Assembly (NCBI GenBank): GCA_963798485.1
Contig: CAWCTR010000001.1
Location: 1 to 64,000, forward strand
Direction of reading: 5' to 3'
Source: an uncultured delta proteobacterium
Lineage (GTDB): Bacteria > Desulfobacterota > Desulfomonilia > UBA1062
Length of the DNA: 64,000 nt
Below the pieces are notes generated by a model, which had not been told where the DNA came from, did not search any database, and saw only the letters and a list, made by a program, of their open reading frames with translations. Positions within the stretch are counted from its first letter, which is position 1. Each line of letters begins with the position of its first letter. Both the position numbers and the translations under genes were made by a program. Shown piece by piece: positions 31,267-43,834 of this stretch.

Positions 31267-32013
31267 ATGAAGGTCATATTCCATGAGGACTTCTACAAGG
31301 TGTATACCTCCGACCCGGCGGCTGAGGACGGGAGAATTGAGGCGGTCATGGAGGTGATCAGCGGCAAGGTTGAGCTTGTCATGGCCCAAAAGGCCACCCT
31401 GGATGATATTGAGGCAGTGCACACGCTCTCACATATCGAACAGGTGAAAAACATGGGCCTCCATGACATAGCATCCCTGGCGGCAGGGGGTGCCGTCAAG
31501 GCGGCAGAAATAGGCATGAAAGAGCCGAGCTTCGCCCTCATTCGTCCGCCGGGCCACCATGCCTCTTCAGACTCTGCCTGGGGTTTCTGCTTCTACAACA
31601 ACATGGCCATCGCCATTGAGCACTTGAAACGCAACAAGGCCATTGAGAGCGCCTATGTGCTGGACTTCGATCTCCACTACGGCGACGGCACGGTCAACAT
31701 CCTGGGCAAGAAGGGATATGTGAAGATCCACAACCCCAACTCCTACGAGCGCGTCTCATACCTCAAAGAGGTTGCCGGCGAGCTTGAAGATGTCAAGGCC
31801 GATATCATAGGCATCTCGGCCGGATTCGACAACCATGAGGAGGACTGGGGCGGGGTGTTGAACACGAATGATTATCGACAGATCGGCAGGCTGGTGAGGG
31901 AGACCGCCAAACGCATCGGAGCAGGATACTTCGCCATTTTAGAGGGTGGTTACAACCACCGGGTCCTCGGGCATAATGTACTTGCGCTGATTCAGGGGAT
32001 GGAGGGGATTTAG
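31267..32013 (+). CDS. short histone deacetylase family protein
   Basis: RPPGHHA, GFCFYNN, DFDLHYGDGT, SAGFD, LEGGY. Confidence 0.88.
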   Translation: MKVIFHEDFYKVYTSDPAAEDGRIEAVMEVISGKVELVMAQKATLDDIEAVHTLSHIEQVKNMGLHDIASLAAGGAVKAAEIGMKEPSFALIRPPGHHASSDSAWGFCFYNNMAIAIEHLKRNKAIESAYVLDFDLHYGDGTVNILGKKGYVKIHNPNSYERVSYLKEVAGELEDVKADIIGISAGFDNHEEDWGGVLNTNDYRQIGRLVRETAKRIGAGYFAILEGGYNHRVLGHNVLALIQGMEGI

Positions 32014-33585
32014 ATGATGATGAAGGTCAGTACCGTTTCCGAGATGAGGGCTTTTGACAAGGCTGCTCTAGTTCAGTTCGGCATCCCCGAGCTGCTGCTC
32101 ATGGAGAATGCCGGCCTTGCCTCCTATGAAGTCCTGTCGAGCCGGTGCGGTATTGCCGGCAAGTCCTTTATCGTACTGGCAGGTATCGGAAACAACGGCG
32201 GTGACGGGTTTGTGGCGGCGCGCAAGATCCTTTCCGGAGGCGGGAGCGTCAAGGTCTATATCATAGGTGATGCAAGCAAGTACAAGGGCCCTGCCCTTAT
32301 CAACCTTGAGATTATCCGGAAGATGCCCATCGAAATCATCGAGGTCTCCACGGCAAGGACTATCAGAAGGGATATTGCCGGGGCCGACGTGATTATTGAT
32401 GCCATCTTCGGAACCGGACTGGCCCGGGGGGTTGAAGGACTCCACAAGGAAATCATCGAGGAAGTAAATTCGAGTAAGAAGATCATTGTCAGCCTGGATA
32501 TCCCCTCAGGGATAAACGGCGACACAGGCCAGATCATGGGCTGTGCGGTGCGGGCCAACCATACCGTGACCTTCGGGCTGCCCAAGGTCGGAAGCCTTCT
32601 TATGCCCGGATTTCATTACTGCGGCAGTCTCTTTGTCACCCATATCTCGTTGCCGCCCAGCCTGTACAACTCCGATTCCCTGACGATCGCGATCAACGAT
32701 CCCCTTTCTCTCCCGCCAAGGGACACTGACGGCCACAAGGGCGACTTCGGAGAGGCACTCTTCATTGCAGGGGCAAAGGGATACTACGGCGCACCGCATT
32801 TTGCCGCTCTGTCCTTCATGAAGGCAGGCGGAGGGTACTCGCGTCTCGCCACACCGGGATCCATAGCACCCTTCATCGCATCCATGGGCAGCGAGATCGT
32901 CTTTCTTCCCCAGGAGGAAACCGCATCAGGGAGCATCTCTCTGACGAACAAAACCAGGCTTCTCGAAATCTCCGACAAGATGGACTTCGTGGTTTTGGGC
33001 CCGGGACTTTCACTCAATGAGGAGACCTCCACGCTCACCCGCGAACTGGCACGCAGGATAAAAAGGCCCCTGCTCATTGACGGCGACGGTATAACCGCTG
33101 TCTGCCAGGACCTCACCTGTATTCAAAAAAGGAAGGCGCCCACCATCCTCACCCCGCACCAAGGCGAGATGGCCAGGATAACAGGTATACCGGTTAAGGA
33201 CATCGACAGTGACAGAATCGGGACTCTCAGGAAAGCCGCAGGCCGACTCGGCGCCATCATCGTGCTCAAGGGTGCACATTCTCTCATCGGGTGTCCTGAT
33301 GGCAGGGTATTCGTGAACTTGAGCGGCAACTCGGGTATGGCCACTGCAGGCTCAGGCGATGTCCTTACCGGGACCATTGCCGCCATGTATGGGCTTGGTC
33401 TTTCCCTTGAGGATGCGGTGTGCAAAGGGGTCTTCATACACGGGGCCTCCGGCGACCTGGCGGCGCAAGAAAAAGGTGAAGACGGTATCACGGCCAAGGA
33501 TATCCTTAATTACCTCCCCAACGCTATGGTCCTGGACAGGCAGGAGGCCCTTGCCGCACAGTATGCCTTACCTATAATTCTCTGA
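32014..33585 (+). CDS. nnr: bifunctional NAD(P)H-hydrate epimerase/dehydratase
   Basis: LMENAG, GNNGGDG, DAIFGTGL, DIPSG, HKGDFG, LTPHQGE, ATAGSGDVL. Confidence 0.93.
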   Translation: MMMKVSTVSEMRAFDKAALVQFGIPELLLMENAGLASYEVLSSRCGIAGKSFIVLAGIGNNGGDGFVAARKILSGGGSVKVYIIGDASKYKGPALINLEIIRKMPIEIIEVSTARTIRRDIAGADVIIDAIFGTGLARGVEGLHKEIIEEVNSSKKIIVSLDIPSGINGDTGQIMGCAVRANHTVTFGLPKVGSLLMPGFHYCGSLFVTHISLPPSLYNSDSLTIAINDPLSLPPRDTDGHKGDFGEALFIAGAKGYYGAPHFAALSFMKAGGGYSRLATPGSIAPFIASMGSEIVFLPQEETASGSISLTNKTRLLEISDKMDFVVLGPGLSLNEETSTLTRELARRIKRPLLIDGDGITAVCQDLTCIQKRKAPTILTPHQGEMARITGIPVKDIDSDRIGTLRKAAGRLGAIIVLKGAHSLIGCPDGRVFVNLSGNSGMATAGSGDVLTGTIAAMYGLGLSLEDAVCKGVFIHGASGDLAAQEKGEDGITAKDILNYLPNAMVLDRQEALAAQYALPIIL

Positions 33586-33759
33586 GAAGGGAAAAGGGCA
33601 ATAGACACCAACCATGATCCGGGTATTGGAAGACCTTTCCTTGGCCTAAGGTATAACCCCTAAGGCCTGAATAAAAATATTTTCATTTTCCTGTTAAGTA
33701 ATCTGGTCTTCATGTCGATAGAGTTACTAGCCAGAAATAGTCAACACTCTCTTCGTAAC

Positions 33760-33789
33760 GCCAGGCCTCGATAGCTTGGCTTTTTTTTT
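33760..33789 (+). terminator. rho-independent terminator
   Basis: GCCAGGC-loop-GCTTGGC followed by nine T. Confidence 0.6.
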
Positions 33790-33799
33790 ACAAAATAGT

Positions 33800-36700
33800 T
33801 TATCGCTGATCTAAAATATCCCTGATCTTCTTCGAAAACTCGGCCATGCTGAAAGGTTTCTGGATAAAGCCTTTGCATCCGCTTTTCATAATATCCTTTG
33901 CCTGACCATCCAGACTGTAGCCGCTTGAAAGCAGCACCTTTACATTGGGATTTACGCGGCACAAGGTGTCGAAGGTCTCTTTCCCGCCGAAATCGGGCAT
34001 TATCATGTCAAGGATCACAAGCTCAATCTTATCCCTTGCCTGTTCATAAATCTGTAGACCTTGCCTGCCTCCGGGTGCTGCAAGCACCTCATAGCCGAGA
34101 CCCTCGAGCATCTTTGAGCCGATATCCAGGATCATCTCTTCATCGTCAATAATCAGTACCGTCTCATACCCTTTCTTAATCTCACCATTTGTCTTGTGCT
34201 CACCTGGAACATCTTTATCCGAGGCAGGGAGATAGATCATGAAGGAGGTACCGAGGTCTTTTTCACTCTCTACATGAATGAATCCGCCGTGATTCTTAAT
34301 TATACCATATACCGAGGCCAAACCGAGGCCGGTTCCGCGGCCACGCTCCTTTGTGGTGAAAAACGGTTCAAAGATCCTCTCCTTTACCGAATCTTCCATC
34401 CCAATACCGGTATCCGTGACAGTCACCTTTACAAATCTCCCGGGCATGATATCATAGGGACTCACTTCAATTTTATCCAGATTGATATTTTCAACAGAGA
34501 GGAACAGATCACCGCCGCCGGGCATGGCCTGCCATGCATTCACGAACAGGTTGAGCATTACCTGCTCCATCTGCCCCCGGTCTACATCAACGGCATATAG
34601 ATCTTGGGCGACCTTGTGATGGATCCGTATCTCCTTCTTGGTCCTGCCGAACATCTCAGAACTCTTCTGAATGAATTCACCGAGATGAGTAGGCTTTACC
34701 TCATACTTCCCCCCCCTGGCAAACCCGAGCAACTGCTTTGTAAGGTCGGAACCGCGCTGTACATACTCCTCCACGCTCTTGAGGCGATCAAAGAATGGAT
34801 GCGATTCGTCAAAGTCCATGAGCATGAGGGATACATTGCCGAGGATGCCCATGAGCAGATTGTTGAAGTCATGGGCAATCCCGCCTGCGAGGGTGCCCAC
34901 TGCCTCCATCTTCTGTGCACGGGTCAGCTGCTGCTCAAGGTTCTTCTTCTCGGTCATGTCGATGAGAAAGCCCCTCAACCCTGCAGGCTTGCCTTCATGG
35001 TTGATTGCAGTAGTATTTATCAAGGCAGGGAAGGTGCTTCCATCCTTTCTCTTGGCTGTATACTCGTTAAGGCCTATATACTCTCCCCGCAGAACCTTTT
35101 GAAAGTTCTGAATTATACGTTCATGATCCTCCGAGACTATTGCCTCCAGGAAGTTCAAGCCTTTTTCCACTTCTTCTCTCGTGAATCCGAATCGCGCCAG
35201 AGAGCTCTGGTTCACAAAGGTCACTCTCCCGTTTTCATCGGTCTCGAAGACCGTCTCGGGCATGAGGCTTACCATATCCCTGAATCGTTCCTCGCTCTCT
35301 CGCAAAGCCTTTTCGGCATTCTTCCGGTCAGTGATGTCCATGAGTGAGGCAACACTTATCGTGCTGCCTGGTATGAGGGCTACGCTCAGAAAGATGTCCC
35401 TGGACTCACCAGAACGGTTGAAGAACCTGAATTCATAGGACCTGGGGATAGAATCGATCCCCTCCCGGCGCCCTTCATGGTAACGTTTCATCCTCTCCAG
35501 GTCTTCAGGGGAAACGAACGCCGTCCAGCTCATCTTACCCTCGACCTCATGGCGCGAGTAGCCGGAGAGCTTTTCGAAATTGGAGTTTACCAGCAGGATC
35601 GTCCTCTCCTCCCCGAGCAGCACTGATGCATTCCCCGTGTTCTCAAAGATGGCGCGGTACCGCTCCTCGCTCTTCTTAATGGCCTCCTCAGCCTGTTTGC
35701 GGCTGGTGATATCCCTGACAACGCCACTGAACCCGATCGGTGCTCCATTGGCATCCTGCCTCAATGATGCCGATGCCTCAACAAAGATTTCCTGACCTTT
35801 CTTATCTTGCAGTTTCCAATCGACATTAGCGATAGTCTCTCCGGTAATGAAGCAATGATGATATACATTGAAGACCTTCTTCGCATTCTCATCATCCATA
35901 TATTGGCGGTAGTTAATCCCCATGAGCTCTTCATATGCATAGCCAAGCCGTTGTGCAGGCCTGGGATTGAAAAAGGTGAAGTTGCCTCTTAGGTCCACTT
36001 CATAATATGCCTCTTCCATGTTGTCGAGGATGGTTCGATAACGCTCTTCGCTTTCCCGAAGGGCCTTTTCGGCCTGCTTGCGTACGGTTACATCACGCAC
36101 CACTACATGGAACCCCTTTGGCTGTCCCGATGCCTCCCGCATGAGCCCGACAGACAGCTCGTTGTCATGGAGAGAGCCATCCTTGTGGATCACCTTGTAA
36201 TCCACCATCAGCTCCGGAGTTCCGGTTGTATACACCCTGTTGAATGCCTCAAACATGAGCTTTGCAGTTTCGGGTGTGGCGTATCTGTGATAATTCATGC
36301 CAAGCAGTTCATCGGCGTCATAACCGGACATCCTGCATGCAGCTTCGTTGAAAAACGTAAAGTTTCCAGTCTAGATCGACCTCGAAATAGGATTCCTCCA
36401 TGCTTTCCAGGATTCTTCTGTACTTTTCCTCACTGATACGCAAGGCTTCCTCAGACTGTTTGCGCGCTGTGATATCAATATGATTGGAAATACTTTCATT
36501 GGTCCCTGGTATGAGGGTAACCAAGGCAAGGATATCCCTGGCCTCTCCTGCCCGGGTAATAAACCGGAATTCGTAGGATTCAGGTGCAGAGCCCGGTTTC
36601 TCCCGCCGCATTCTGTGATAGTCTTTCAATCGTTCAAGGTCTTTCTCGGAAATAAAAGATTCCCAGCTCATCTTGCCCTCAATCTCGTGGCGGGGATAGC

Positions 36701-37280
36701 CGGAAAGCCTTTCGAAATTGGAGTTCGCAAGCAGGATTGTCTTGTCCTCGCCTATGAGGATAGTGGCGTTGCCCGTATTCTCGAAGATGGTGCGATAGCG
36801 TTCACCGCTCTTTCTCAAGTGTTCCTGGGCATTCTTCCAATTGGTGATGTCTCGGGCGATTCCCTGGATGGCATAGGGCTCCCCTGACCTATAAATGACA
36901 GAAGTCCTTGTCTCCAGCCAGACAAAGCTCCCATCTTTGCGTCTAACCATATATTCGTCGGATTCTTTCTGTGTCCCTGTCTCCCTCAATTCCTGTATGG
37001 TGCTGAACACCAGGGGAATTTGTTCGTCGGTAAGCAGCGTGGTCAATGTGATAGTGCCCAGCTCTTCCCTGGAGTATCCGAGCAGATTGAAACCGGCATT
37101 ACTGGCATCAAGAAATTTGCCTTCAAAATCGAGGATAAAGACCACATCAAAAGATCGCTCAAACAAGGCCTGGTAGCGTTCTTCACTCTCTTTGGCAGCC
37201 TCTATGGCCAAGCGGTGTTCCTGCTCAAGGTCCTTGAGCCTCTTTTCCAGTTCCTCATAGCTGGGCCTCTCACACATCAA
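33800..37280 (-). CDS. hybrid sensor kinase (6 PAS + HisKA + HATPase + receiver), split by a one-base frameshift near 36370
   Basis: ORFs 36318-37280 and 33800-36331 join as FEVDL/TGNFTFFNEAACRMSGY; AGGIAHDFNNLL, GRGTGLGL and REC motifs. Confidence 0.88.
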
Positions 37281-37391
37281 CTTCTCCTCCTGGAGGATAT
37301 AACCGTATCTTTTCCTTTGTCTTGCTAAACAAGATATACGTGTAGCACCTGTTTTCTCTTTATCGGCATTTCACCATGCTGAGGCTTAGCC

Positions 37392-39251
37392 TTAGGTAAT
37401 AATATTTTTGAAGCCCCGGCCCCACAGCATGTTGTTCAGGCCGGAGACACGATGGGTCCGTCTGGATACTGCGGCAGAGAATATCTCCATAGCGGCCCAG
37501 ATCTCGATTGCGCCCCTGGCCCTGGTTATGCCGGTATAGACGAGTTCCCTGGTGAGCACGGGAGAGTCACGCTCCGGCAGTATGAGCAGCACGTTCTCGA
37601 ACTCGGACCCCTGGCTCTTGTGGACCGTCATGGCAAAGGCGGTCTCGTGTGCCGGCAGCCTTAAGGGTGAAATCTTTCTGACAGACCCGTCCCTAGCCAC
37701 AAAGCAGGCGCGCAGGTCATCCCCATCGCTTACGATGAGCCCGATATCGCCGTTCATGAGCTTCAAAGTATAGTCGTTTTCTGTGACGAGCACGGGCCTG
37801 CCGTGGTAATGCAGCCTGCCGGGCTCGATCAGGCCCGCGCCCTGCAGGATCTCCTCGACGCAGCGATTCAGCGCCTTTACACCGTATGGTCCTTCGCGGA
37901 CAGGGCTCAGGATGCGCAACGTCTCGAAGAGCTGGAAGCACTCATGGATGTCGTCCGAAACAAGAAAACTTCCATATCTCTTGGTGACGATCTCTCTCAG
38001 TGACCTTTTCAATTCTCCCGGCAAAGGCAGTTCCTGCCGGCTAAGATCCTTTCCGTGGCCTGAGTGGAGTATCTCAAGGGATCGGCTGATATCTCCCGAG
38101 TTTACTGCCTCGCCCAGGGCGAAGATGGCGCTGTCTTTGCTGAACCGGTAGGTCCGGGTGAGCTCCACCAGCGAGTCCTGCATACCGCCTTCATCGCCTG
38201 CGGGCACGGCGCACCCTGTGGTCCTGGCCACAAGCCCGGCAAAGTCAGCCGAATAGGCGTGCGAGCCGCCCACATCGCAGATATCCCCGAGCACGTAGCC
38301 TGCCTGAACGGAAGCGAGCTGATTTTTGTCGCCCAGGAGGATAAGGCGGGCGTTTTCCTTGAGGGCCTGGACGAGGTATGACATGAGGGCCAGGTCCGCC
38401 ATAGACGCCTCATCTATGGCGATGACATCTGCACTTAAGGGGTTTGCTGCGCAGTGCCTTGGCAGTGTTGACCCGGGAGAGAATCCGAGGAGCCTGTGGA
38501 TAGTGGTGGCCTCGTGGGGGATCATGGCCTTGATCCCCGGTGCGCAGTCCATGAGTTCAAGGCTGCGCTGGATGGACTCTTCGATCCTGCGGGCCGCCTT
38601 GCCCGTAGGGGCCGCCAAGGCGATCTTCAGGTGAGGCTCCTGCTCGAGGAGCAAAGCCATGATCCTGCAGACGAGCGTGGTCTTGCCCGTGCCCGGCCCG
38701 CCCGTGATCACGCATAAACCCCTGGATACGGCAGCCGCAGCCGCTGCCTTGTGCCGGTCATGCCCGTCGGTCCCGTCCGGGGGAAACATGCGAGCGAGCC
38801 CCCTGGTGAAAAGGGCTTCGTCAAAGGGCATGACCCGGGCGTTCAAACGCAGCAGGACATCGGCCAGTCTCCGTTCGTTCTCATAGGAACGGTGGAGATA
38901 AAGCCTGCCTGACCCGTCCAGGATCAGGGGCCGATAATCGCCCGGGCCGCCCACTACCGGGCACAACCTCAGGGCTGATATCCAGGCATCAGGTGATGGC
39001 AGGTCCAGGACAGCAGGCCCGGCTTCTTTGCCAATCATCCCTGTATTGATTTCGTTCAGATCCAGGCAGGTGTGCCCTTCCCTGCTGAGCCTGCTCACAA
39101 GGGCCGCTGCAAGGGCAAGCTCAGCGCTCTTCGAGCCTGCAAGCTGCACCATGAACCGGGCGAAGTGCACATCAATGGGCTCGAAGAGACCTTCGGGCAG
39201 CATCAGGCCCTGCTCAAGACCTTTCTTGAAGTCAACAGCATCATACGCCAT
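37392..39251 (-). CDS. recD: exodeoxyribonuclease V alpha subunit
   Basis: ITGGPGTGKTT, APTGKAA, TIHRLLG, IDEASM, GDKNQL, MTVHKSQGSEF, YTGITRA. Confidence 0.95.
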   Translation of the reverse strand: MAYDAVDFKKGLEQGLMLPEGLFEPIDVHFARFMVQLAGSKSAELALAAALVSRLSREGHTCLDLNEINTGMIGKEAGPAVLDLPSPDAWISALRLCPVVGGPGDYRPLILDGSGRLYLHRSYENERRLADVLLRLNARVMPFDEALFTRGLARMFPPDGTDGHDRHKAAAAAAVSRGLCVITGGPGTGKTTLVCRIMALLLEQEPHLKIALAAPTGKAARRIEESIQRSLELMDCAPGIKAMIPHEATTIHRLLGFSPGSTLPRHCAANPLSADVIAIDEASMADLALMSYLVQALKENARLILLGDKNQLASVQAGYVLGDICDVGGSHAYSADFAGLVARTTGCAVPAGDEGGMQDSLVELTRTYRFSKDSAIFALGEAVNSGDISRSLEILHSGHGKDLSRQELPLPGELKRSLREIVTKRYGSFLVSDDIHECFQLFETLRILSPVREGPYGVKALNRCVEEILQGAGLIEPGRLHYHGRPVLVTENDYTLKLMNGDIGLIVSDGDDLRACFVARDGSVRKISPLRLPAHETAFAMTVHKSQGSEFENVLLILPERDSPVLTRELVYTGITRARGAIEIWAAMEIFSAAVSRRTHRVSGLNNMLWGRGFKNIIT

Positions 39252-39408
39252 TTGTTTTGACCCTTTACTCATCAACAAGTATAATATCAGTTCATCCGGA
39301 ACAAGCCTTCTTTGCCAGGCACTGAACATAACTTGCTTTGATCGTATACTTTGCTTTCATCATGAATACTTTGCATTGATCATATATCCCTCCCCAATCG
39401 ACAATCAG

Positions 39409-39447
39409 GTCCCCTCCCCCCTTGCGGGGGAGGGACAGGGAGAGGGG
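39409..39447 (+). repeat. hairpin-plus-tail palindromic repeat (family 1), left arm flanking DUF559
   Basis: CCCTCCCCC-CTTGC-GGGGGAGGG stem-loop followed by tail ACAGGGAGAGGGG. Confidence 0.9.
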
Positions 39448-39448
39448 T

Positions 39449-39799
39449 ATGAATAAAATTAATCTCCAACGAGCAAGAGATCTGAGAAAACGATCCACAG
39501 ACGCGGAACGCCTCCTGTGGAAGCACCTCCGCACAAAGAGGATGAACAACCTGAAATTCAAGCGGCAGCAACCAATCGGTAATTATATTGTGGACTTCAT
39601 CTGCTTTGAGAAAAGGATCGTTATCGAACTCGACGGCGGGCAGCATGCACTCCAGAGAGACAAGGACAAGGGGCGCGACTCCTGGCTGGAAGGCCAGGGC
39701 TTCCTCATCCTGAGATTCTGGAATAATGATGTCCTCACCAATATCCATGGTGTCATGGAGGTTATCATACGTACTTGTTCTGAAGCCCATAGCCTTTAA
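39449..39799 (+). CDS. DUF559 (Vsr-like PD-(D/E)xK) endonuclease domain protein
   Basis: ARDLRKRSTDAERLLWKHLR, FKRQQPIGNYIVDF, IELDGGQH, RD.WL..QGF.ILRFWNNDV. Confidence 0.9.
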   Translation: MNKINLQRARDLRKRSTDAERLLWKHLRTKRMNNLKFKRQQPIGNYIVDFICFEKRIVIELDGGQHALQRDKDKGRDSWLEGQGFLILRFWNNDVLTNIHGVMEVIIRTCSEAHSL

Positions 39800-39804
39800 T
39801 CTGC

Positions 39805-39842
39805 CCCCTCTCCCTGTCCCTCCCCCTTGCGGGGGAGGGGAC
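39805..39842 (-). repeat. family 1 repeat, right arm (inverted relative to 39409-39447)
   Basis: CCCCTCTCCCTGT tail, then CCCTCCCCC-TTGC-GGGGGAGGG, then GAC. Confidence 0.9.
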
Positions 39843-39904
39843 TTAAATCCCCCAACCTATTATGGAACATCCTCATCATATTAGCACTTTCGAGGGGCCA
39901 ATTA

Positions 39905-39944
39905 ACTCCTCCCCCCTTGATGGGGGAGGCTGGGAGAGGGTGAA
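39905..39944 (+). repeat. family 1 repeat variant
   Basis: ACTCCTCCCCCCTTGATGGGGGAGGCTGGGAGAGGGTGAA; near-identical copy at 40637-40675 inside recB. Confidence 0.85.
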
Positions 39945-39961
39945 TATGGAATAATTCCTTA

Positions 39962-43827
<3,866 letters not shown>

Positions 43828-43834
<7 letters not shown>

